64,000 nucleotides of DNA, taken from Flavobacteriales bacterium. GTDB lineage: Bacteria; Bacteroidota; Bacteroidia; Flavobacteriales_F; PHOS-HE28. The stretch is from assembly GCA_020635695.1 (NCBI GenBank), contig JACJZH010000003.1, forward strand, positions 83,603 to 147,602, read 5' to 3'. Under the pieces are notes generated by a model. That model did no database searches. It was not told the DNA's origin and saw only the letters and a list, made by a program, of their open reading frames with translations. A program made the translations under genes and the position numbers. Shown in pieces: positions 7,624-18,855 of the stretch (within the stretch, counting starts at the first letter, position 1; each line of letters opens with the position of its first letter).

Positions 7624-9181
7624 ATGGGCTTCCCCCACTTCATCGCACGCCGCATCCTCGGCGACAGGGACCGGCAGGACCGCTTGTCACGGCCCATCGT
7701 ATTGATCGCGGTGCTGGGGATCGTCATCGGCATGGCGGTCATGATCGTCACGGTGTCCATCAGTACGGGCTTTCAACGGGAGATCCGGTCGAAGGTAACC
7801 GGCACCGGCGCCCACCTGCAGATCACCGCCATCGCGCAGACCGATCCCAAGGAAACGCAACGGGTGTCCATCCGGCAGGACTTCCTCCCCGCCCTGGACA
7901 GCGTACCCGGCATCGCGCACGTCCAGGTCTTCGCCACGCATCCGGGCATCATCGAGACCGGCGAGGAGATCCAGGGCGTGGTGGTGAAAGGGCGTGGGCG
8001 CCGACCAGGACTGGACCTTCCTGCGCAGGCACCTGGTGGAGGGCGACGTGCTGGACATCACCCCCGGAGCCCCGGAGAACGAACTGCTGCTCTCGCGCTA
8101 CCTGGCGCGGCGCCTGGAGATCGCCACCGGCGACACGATCACCGTGTACCTGGTGAAGGGGCGCGAGGACATCCGGCCGCGGAAGTTCCGGGTGCGCGGC
8201 ATCTTCGAGACCGGCGTGGAGGCCTTCGACCACCAGGTGGTGCTGGTGGACATCGCCCACCTGCAGCGCTTCGCCCAATGGGGCCTGCAGGCGGAGATCC
8301 TGGTGCTGGACAGCGTGGTCCCGGGTGGTGTGCTGGTGGAGGGGCTCGCCTTCGGCGGGGACCGCATCTTCCGCTACACCTGGCCGGGAACGGACTTCGA
8401 AGGCAAAGGACCTCACCGGGTGGAGCTTCCACCGGAGACCAGCCGGCGCATCACCCTGGTGGTGCACGACGCGGACAGCACCCTTCCGGACACGTCCTGG
8501 GTGGAGCTTCGCGGAGAGAAGCCGCGGTTCACGCCCGTCCATAGCCGGGGCGGTGGCGAACTGGTGTACGACAGCATCGCCGTGGAACGCGGAGGCAGCG
8601 GCGGCAGCCACACCCTGTACGCCGGCGGCTTCGAGGTGGCCCTGGACGACTTCGACGACCTGCTGGAGATGGACGACCGGGTGTACCGGGAACTGCCGAT
8701 CGAGCTGCGCACCCTGAGCGTGCGCGAGCGCTTCCCGGAGATCTTCGCCTGGCTGGACCTGCTGGACACCAATGTGATCGTGGTGATCGTGCTGATGATC
8801 ATCGTGGCCATCATCAACATGACCTCGGCCTTGCTGATCATCATCCTGGAGCGCACCACCATGATCGGTGTGCTGAAGGCCCTGGGCGCGTCCAACGGCG
8901 CCATCCGGCGGATCTTCCTGATCGACGCCGCCTACATCCTGGGCACGGGCATCCTGCTGGGCGATCTGCTTGGCATCGGCCTCTGCCTGCTTCAGCAGAC
9001 CACCGGCCTGGTGACCCTGCCCATCGAGAGCTACTACGTGAACGCCGTGCCCGTCCTGCTGGATCCGGTCGCGATCGTTCTGCTCAATGCAGGCACGCTG
9101 CTGGTCTGCGTGGCGGCGCTGGTGCTGCCTTCCGCGCTGGTCTCGCGCATCGCGCCGGCACGCGCCATCCGGTTCGAGTAG
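7624..9181 (+). pseudogene. LolE/FtsX-family ABC transporter permease, split by a +1 frameshift near 7993 as sequenced
   Basis: The N-terminal part runs from ATG 7624 in the frame of ORF 7279..8544: MGFPHFIARRILGDRDRQDRLSRPIVLIAVLGIVIGMAVMIVTVSISTGFQREIRSKVTG...EIQGVVVKG. The continuation is ORF 7994..9181 in the next frame: (V)GADQDWTFLRRHLVEG...FEVALDDFDDL...IINMTSALLIIILERTTMIGVLKALGASNGAIRRIFL... (the FtsX domain). Removing one G from GGG 7990-7992 joins the two parts. Confidence 0.8.
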
Positions 9182-9243
9182 CTCTCGTTGTCCCCGGATC
9201 CGGGCGTGGACAACGCCCCGGGCCTCGGTACCTTCGCGGCATC

Positions 9244-10600
9244 ATGCAGATCCACGAGAACATCCTCTCCACCATCGGCCATACCCCGCTTGTGAAGCTG
9301 AACAGGACCATGGCCGGCATTCCCGGACTGTTCCTGGCCAAGGTGGAGACCTTCAACCCCGGCAACTCGATCAAGGACCGGATGGCCCTGAAGATGATCG
9401 AGGACGCCGAAAAGGCCGGGCTGCTGAAGCCGGGCGGTACCATCATCGAGGGCACCAGCGGCAACACCGGCATGGGGCTGGCCATCGCCGCCGTGGTGAA
9501 GGGCTACAAATGCATCTTCACCACCACCGACAAGCAGAGCAAGGAGAAGGTGGACGCCCTGAAGGCCCTGGGCGCCGAAGTGATCGTGTGCCCCACGGAC
9601 GTGGACCCGGAGGACCCCCGCTCCTACTATTCCGTTTCATCCCGCCTGGTGGACGAGACCCCGAACAGCTGGAAGGCCAACCAGTACGACAACCCCAGCA
9701 ACGCGCAGGCCCACTACGAGAGCACCGGGCCCGGAGCTGTGGGAGCAGACCGATGGCAAGATCACGCACCTGGTCGTGGGCGTGGGCACCGGCGGCACCA
9801 TCAGCGGATCGGCCCGCTACCTCAAGGAGAAGAACCCGGACATCCAGGTGCTGGGCATCGACACCTACGGCTCCATCTTCAAGAAGTACAAGGAGACCGG
9901 CGAGTTCGACAAGAACGAGATCTACCCCTACATCACCGAGGGCATCGGCGAGGACTTCCTGCCGCAGTGCGTGGACTTCAGCCTGATCGACCACTTCGAG
10001 AAGGTGACCGACCGCGACGCCGCCATCTGGACCCGGAAGATCGCCCGCGAGGAGGGCATCTTCGTGGGCAACAGCGCCGGCGCCGCCATGGCCGGGCTGG
10101 TGCAGATGAAGGACCGCTTCAAGGAGGGCGACGTGGTGGTGGTGATCTTCCACGACCACGGCACCCGCTACCTGGGCAAGATGTTCAACGACGACTGGAT
10201 GCGCGAGCGCGGTTTCCTGGTCGAGGAGAAGCCCACGGCCGGAGACCTGCTGAAGGGCAAGTCGCTGTCGCTGGTGAGCGTGGAGGCCGAGGAGCCCGTG
10301 TACCTGGCCATCGAACGCATGCGGCAGCACAACATCGACCAGCTGCCCGTGTTCGAGGACGGCAAGCCCGTGGGCACGATCACGGACGCCCGCCTGTTCG
10401 ACGCCATCCTGGAGGACGCCGAGGTGCGCCACCAGAAGGCCCGCGTGGTGATGGGACCCGCCCTGCCCGTGCTGAAGCCCGAGGATAAGCTGGAGGTGGT
10501 GGCCACCCGGCTGGGGAACGGATTGCCGGCGGTGCTGGTGGAGCAGAAGAACGGCTTTGGTATCCTGACGAAGCAGGACATCATCGGGAAGCTGAAATGA
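9244..10600 (+). pseudogene. Cystathionine beta-synthase / PLP-dependent cysteine synthase family with a C-terminal CBS pair, split by a +1 frameshift near 9733 as sequenced
   Basis: ORF 9244..10488 reads MQIHENILSTIGHTPLVKLN...FNPGNSIKDRMALKMIEDAEKAGLL...GTSGNTGMGLA...NQYDNPSNAQAHYESTGP and then degenerates into Arg/Gly/His-rich text. ORF 9776..10600, in the next frame, carries the expected continuation; read in that same frame from 9734 it gives ELWEQTDGKITHLVVGVGTGGTISG...GNSAGAAMAG... plus two CBS motifs. Confidence 0.85.
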
Positions 10601-10626
10601 TCGGATGATCGGGCGATCAGATGATC
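10599..10626. repeat. Left arm of nested GATC-rich inverted repeats (boxes A1 and B1)
   Basis: A1 is gatcggatgatc (10599-10610), the spacer is gggc, and B1 is gatcagatgatc (10615-10626). A1 overlaps the TGA stop (10598-10600) of the upstream gene. Confidence 0.75.
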
Positions 10627-10631
10627 AGAAA

Positions 10632-10895
10632 ATGGAGGTGAAATTGCGCTATCCAGCGGCTATCCTGCTGATCATCTCCTTCTGTTCATTCGCGGTGTGG
10701 GCTTATTCTCATATGGCTTTGGTAAGCATTGGACTCGATCTGAAATACCTAGAATCCGAAGTGGAGGTCCATCTGGCAAGAAAAGCCGAATGGACCAGAA
10801 TCGCTTCCCAAGCTGGCTGGACCTTAATTACCTCTACGATCGTCCTTTCCCTACTGCTGACCTACCGATGGTTCTTCGTACCGAGCAGAGGCTGA
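10632..10895 (+). CDS. Small hypothetical membrane protein (about 87 aa, two predicted TM helices) in a low-GC islet
   Basis: ORF 10605..10895(+). ATG 10632 gives MEVKLRYPAAILLIISFCSFAVWAYSHMALV...WTLITSTIVLSLLLTYRWFFVPSRG, and ATG 10605 is an alternative start. I recognise no family. Four consecutive 60-nt lines here have 28, 28, 28 and 31 G+C, against 41/60 and 38/60 in the flanking genes. Confidence 0.4.
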   Translation: MEVKLRYPAAILLIISFCSFAVWAYSHMALVSIGLDLKYLESEVEVHLARKAEWTRIASQAGWTLITSTIVLSLLLTYRWFFVPSRG

Positions 10896-10910
10896 TCAAA
10901 GCACCCTGCC

Positions 10911-10946
10911 GATCATCTGATCATCTCATTATCTGATCGTCCGATC
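10911..10946. repeat. Right arm of nested GATC-rich inverted repeats (boxes B2' and A2')
   Basis: B2' is gatcatctgatc (10911-10922), the exact reverse complement of B1. The spacer is atctcattatct. A2' is gatcgtccgatc (10935-10946), the reverse complement of A1 apart from one position that would be a G:U pair in RNA. The arm ends 3 nt before the ATG at 10949. Confidence 0.75.
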
Positions 10947-10948
10947 CC

Positions 10949-11739
10949 ATGCGCTCGGTATCCGACCAGCTCCACCGCACCATCACCCTGCCTGACAGGC
11001 CGGATCGCATCATCTCCCTGGTCCCTCCCAGACCGAACTGCTGCACGACCTCGGGCTCGGGGAGCGCGTGGTGGGCATCACGAAGTTCTGTGTCCGGCCG
11101 GAGGAATGGTTCCGGACGAAGGCCCGCGTGGGCGGCACCAAGCAGGTGCATCTGGACCGGGTACGGGCGCTGGAGCCTGACCTGATCATCGCCAACAAGG
11201 AGGAGAACACGCGGGAGGACATCGAGGCGCTGGCGCAGGAATTCCCGGTGTGGGTGAGCGATGTGCGCGACCTGGACCAGGCCTTGGACATGGTGGCTCG
11301 GTTGGGCGACATCACCGGCACCGCCGACCGGGCCGGAGAGTTGGTGGAGCGGATCACCGCCGCATTCGACGGCCTGGCGCCCCTGCAGCCCACGCTCTCC
11401 GCCGCCTACCTGATCTGGCGCGACCCCTGGATGGCCGCCGGCGGCGACACCTTCATCGACGACATGCTGCAACGTTGCGGCCTGAGCAACGTGTTCTCCG
11501 GTCGGGAAGGCCGCTATCCGGCCGTGTCCCCCGCCGAACTGGCCGCTGCCGACCCGGACGTGGTGCTGCTCAGTTCCGAACCCTATCCGTTCGGCGAAAA
11601 GCACCTCCAGGAGATCGGCCTGCTGCTGCCCGGTGTGCCGGTCCGGCTGGTGGACGGTGAGGCCTTCAGCTGGTACGGGAGCCGCCTGCTCCACGCCCCT
11701 GCCTACTTCAGCGGTCTGCTGCGGGGATGGGCGGTCTGA
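10949..11739 (+). pseudogene. TroA/BtuF-like periplasmic-binding-fold protein (cobalamin-binding / helical-backbone metal receptor type), split by a -1 frameshift near 11025 as sequenced
   Basis: ORF 10949..11185 starts MRSVSDQLHRTITLPDRPDRIISLVP and then becomes nonsense. The adjacent frame continues SQTELLHDLGLGERVVGITKFCVRPEEW...GGTKQVHLDRVRALEPDLIIANKEEN... (ORF 11068..11739). Adding one C to the run at 11023-11025 restores ...IISLVPSQTELL.... Confidence 0.75.
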
Positions 11740-11785
11740 GCCCCGGAAAGGCTGGCCCTACATTTGCTCAGGCCCACCGGACCTC

Positions 11786-14068
11786 ATGTTCCGCGCGTTC
11801 CTGTTCCTGCTCCTCGGCTGCGGCCCGCTGCTCCTGCGCGCCCAGTCGGTCGGCCTTGTGCTGAGCGGTGGTGGTGCCTCGGGCCTGGCCCACATCGGGG
11901 TCATGAAGGCCCTGGAGGAGAACGGGGTGCCCATCGACTACGTGGCCGGCAGCTCCATCGGGGCGCTGATCGGGGGGCTGTACGCGGCCGGCTGGTCGCC
12001 CCAGGAGATCGATTCCCTGTTCCGTTCAGAGGCCTTCCAGACCATGGCGGAGGGGGGCATCGAGGACCGCTTCGTTTACGCCTTCCAGCAGGACCGGCCG
12101 GACGCCTCGCTCATCAACCTGCGTTTCGACCTGGACACCACGCTGCAGACCTCCCTGCCCACCAACCTGCGGTCCCCCCTGCTGCTGGATTTCGAGCAGA
12201 TGCGCGGGTTCGCGGGGGCCACGGCCCTGAGCGGAGGTGACCTGGACAGCCTCTTCGTGCCCTTCCGGTGCGTGGCCTCGGACATCACCGCCCAGGTCCC
12301 TGTCACCTTCGATCAGGGCGATCTGGCCCAGGTGGTGCGGGCCAGCATGAGCTATCCCTTCTACTTCAAGCCCATCCGCGTGAACGGCCACCTGATGATG
12401 GACGGCGGGCTCTACAACAACTTCCCCAGCGACGTGATGTACGACGCCTTCCTGCCGGACCTGATCATCGGCAGCAACGTGGGGTACAACGCACCACCAC
12501 CCAGCGAGGACGACCTGCTGAGCCAGCTGCGGGCCATGATGCAGGAGCGCACCGACTACAGCGTGAAGTGCGAGAACGGCATCGTGATCGAGCCACAGAC
12601 CCTCCCCACCCTCTTTGATTTCACCCAGGTCGATCGCATCGTCCAGGACGGCTACGATGCCGCGATGGCCCGCATGCCCGAGATCCTTGCCGCCACGGGC
12701 AGGCATGTGCATCAGGAGGATGTACATGCGCGTCGCGACCGGTGGCGGACCGGAATGCCCGATTTCCGCGTGAGCGAAGTGACCTTCCATGGACTGACAA
12801 GGAAGCAGGACGTCTTCGCGGACAAGGTGCTCGGCATCCGGAGGGGACCTTTGGACGGGGAGTCCCTGAAATCCGGATACTTCCGGCTTGCCGCGGACAA
12901 CAACATCTCCAACCTCTACCCCATGGCCACCTACCGTCCCGACCGGGGTGACTATGACCTGGCGCTGGCGGTGAAGCGGCAGAAGGACCTGGAAGTGCGG
13001 TTCGGGGGCATGTTCAGTTCCCGCCCGGTGAACACCGGCATGGTGGGACTCCAGTACAACTTCTTCGGAAGGGCGTCCCACCAGGTGGAGGCCACCAGCT
13101 ACTTCGGCAAGTTCTATGCGGCCGGTCAGGTGAAGCTGCGCAGCGACCTGGCCACCCGGGTCCCGCTGTTCCTCGAACCCACGTTCGTGCTGCACCGTTG
13201 GGACCACTTCCGCAGCTTCGCCACCTTCTTCGATGAGGTGCGCCCCTCCTACATCGTGATCCGCGAGCTCTGGGGCGGCCTGAACGCCGGCATGGCCATG
13301 GGGAACAAGGGCGTGGCACGGATGGACCTGAAATACGCGCAGACCAAGGACCAGTACTACCAGAACAGCACCTTCACCGCGGTGGACACGGCCGATGTGA
13401 CCGAGTTCTACCACGTGACCGGCGGGCTATCCGTGGAACGCAGCTCCCTGAACCGGAAACAGCACCCCAACGCCGGTGAACTGCTGCGGGCCGAGGTGCG
13501 CTGGGTGGTGGGCGATGAACGCACCATTCCGGGCAGCACCAGGAACGGCCCTTACGCCGTGTATGATGCCCGGCACGAATGGTTCCAGGCGAAGGTCACC
13601 TTGGACAAGTACTTCCTGCCGCGTGGCGTGTTCCGCTTCGGTCTGCTGGCGGAAGGGGTGTTCAGCACGATGCCGTTCTTCCAGAACTACACCGCCACGG
13701 TGATCCGCGCGCCGTTCTTCCAGCCCACGCCGGAGAGCCGGACCCTGTTCATCAATGATTTCCGGGCGCCCCAATACCTGGCGGGTGGCGTCCGCACCAT
13801 CGCCGCGCTCTTCCGCAACAAGTTCGACCTCCGGCTGGAAGGGTACGTGTTCCAACCCTACCGGGCCATCCTGCAGGGGCCGGAGGGAGAACCCCTGGAG
13901 GGCGAGGCCGTGAGCGACCGCTCCTACATCGCCTCAGGCTCATTGATCTATCAGAGCCCCATCGGGCCGGTCTGGTTCAACACCAGCTACATCGACGGGT
14001 TGAACGAGCCCTGGATCTGGAGCCTGAACTTCGGCTACGTGATCTTCGCCCAGCGGGCCATGGAATGA
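11786..14068 (+). CDS. Patatin-like phospholipase family protein with a C-terminal beta-barrel-like half
   Basis: ORF 11633..14068(+). The preferred start is ATG 11786 (MFRAFLFLLLGCGPLLLRAQS, a signal peptide). Patatin motifs are present: GLVLSGGGASGLAHIGV, GSSIGALIG (G-x-S-x-G) and MDGGLYNN (the Asp of the catalytic dyad). The C-terminal ~400 aa are rich in alternating aromatic and polar residues, like the Omp85-type barrels often fused to patatin domains. Confidence 0.8.
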   Translation: MFRAFLFLLLGCGPLLLRAQSVGLVLSGGGASGLAHIGVMKALEENGVPIDYVAGSSIGALIGGLYAAGWSPQEIDSLFRSEAFQTMAEGGIEDRFVYAFQQDRPDASLINLRFDLDTTLQTSLPTNLRSPLLLDFEQMRGFAGATALSGGDLDSLFVPFRCVASDITAQVPVTFDQGDLAQVVRASMSYPFYFKPIRVNGHLMMDGGLYNNFPSDVMYDAFLPDLIIGSNVGYNAPPPSEDDLLSQLRAMMQERTDYSVKCENGIVIEPQTLPTLFDFTQVDRIVQDGYDAAMARMPEILAATGRHVHQEDVHARRDRWRTGMPDFRVSEVTFHGLTRKQDVFADKVLGIRRGPLDGESLKSGYFRLAADNNISNLYPMATYRPDRGDYDLALAVKRQKDLEVRFGGMFSSRPVNTGMVGLQYNFFGRASHQVEATSYFGKFYAAGQVKLRSDLATRVPLFLEPTFVLHRWDHFRSFATFFDEVRPSYIVIRELWGGLNAGMAMGNKGVARMDLKYAQTKDQYYQNSTFTAVDTADVTEFYHVTGGLSVERSSLNRKQHPNAGELLRAEVRWVVGDERTIPGSTRNGPYAVYDARHEWFQAKVTLDKYFLPRGVFRFGLLAEGVFSTMPFFQNYTATVIRAPFFQPTPESRTLFINDFRAPQYLAGGVRTIAALFRNKFDLRLEGYVFQPYRAILQGPEGEPLEGEAVSDRSYIASGSLIYQSPIGPVWFNTSYIDGLNEPWIWSLNFGYVIFAQRAME

Positions 14069-14082
14069 CCTGGTGAAAAGCA

Positions 14083-14105
14083 AAGGCCCCGTTCCCCGGG
14101 GCCTT
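14083..14105. terminator. Bidirectional hairpin terminator between convergent genes
   Basis: aaggccccg (14083-14091), loop ttccc, cggggcctt (14097-14105), a perfect 9-bp stem. It lies between the stop at 14068(+) and the stop at 14125(-). Confidence 0.6.
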
Positions 14106-14124
14106 GCGCAAAGGTCAGGACCAT

Positions 14125-14445
14125 TCAGGCCTCCGCGGGAGGGCCACCGAAGTTCATGGGCACGTCCGGCATGTCCGCTTCGCGGATCTCGCCGTGCACG
14201 CTCTCGAACTTCCGGAGGTTGTCGGCGAGCGCCCGCATCAACCGTTTGGCATGTTGCGGGGTCAGCAGGATGCGGCTCCGCACCTTCGCCTTGGGCACGC
14301 CCGGCATCACCCGCACGAAATCGAGCACGAATTCGCTGTTGCTGTGGGTGATGATGGCGAGGTTGCTGTAGATGCCATCGGCCACCTCCTCGCTGATCTC
14401 GATGTTCAGCTGGTTGGGGCGTTTCGGGTCCTGTTGGTCAGCCAT
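14125..14445 (-). CDS. DUF3467 domain-containing protein
   Basis: ORF 14125..14445(-), 106 aa. The sequence ...LNIEISEEVADGIYSNLAIITHSNSEFVLDFVRVMPGVPKAKVRSRILLTPQHAKRL... matches my recollection of DUF3467, which is commonly found next to rpoC in Bacteroidota. Confidence 0.7.
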   Translation of the reverse strand: MADQQDPKRPNQLNIEISEEVADGIYSNLAIITHSNSEFVLDFVRVMPGVPKAKVRSRILLTPQHAKRLMRALADNLRKFESVHGEIREADMPDVPMNFGGPPAEA

Positions 14446-14468
14446 GGGTCCTTCTGCTTCCGGTGCGC

Positions 14469-14500
14469 ACCGGCCCGGGGACCTTCTCCCCGGTGCCGGT
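14469..14500 (-). terminator. GC-rich hairpin downstream of rpoC
   Basis: accggcccgggga / loop ccttc / tccccggtgccggt forms an interrupted 13-14-bp stem directly after the rpoC stop at 14513. There is no clear U-run, so terminator function is uncertain. Confidence 0.3.
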
Positions 14501-14512
14501 CACGCGACCTGT

Positions 14513-18808
<4,296 letters not shown>

Positions 18809-18855
18809 GGTATGGGGGTGCGGTGCGTTCGTCGATCGTGTGTCCTTGCCGTCGC

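Noticed and set aside
9186-9215. Hairpin cgttgtcc...ggacaacg with an inner ccggatccgg palindrome after the LolE-like gene, as a possible terminator
   Set aside because: The stem is real, but there is no U-tract and the next gene starts 29 nt later. I could not decide between a terminator, a processing site and coincidence, so it is not listed as a feature.
10896-10948. Possible cobalamin riboswitch upstream of the BtuF-like gene
   Set aside because: The segment is only ~50 nt long and is occupied by the right inverted-repeat arm. It is far too short for a ~200-nt cobalamin aptamer, and there is no B12-box.
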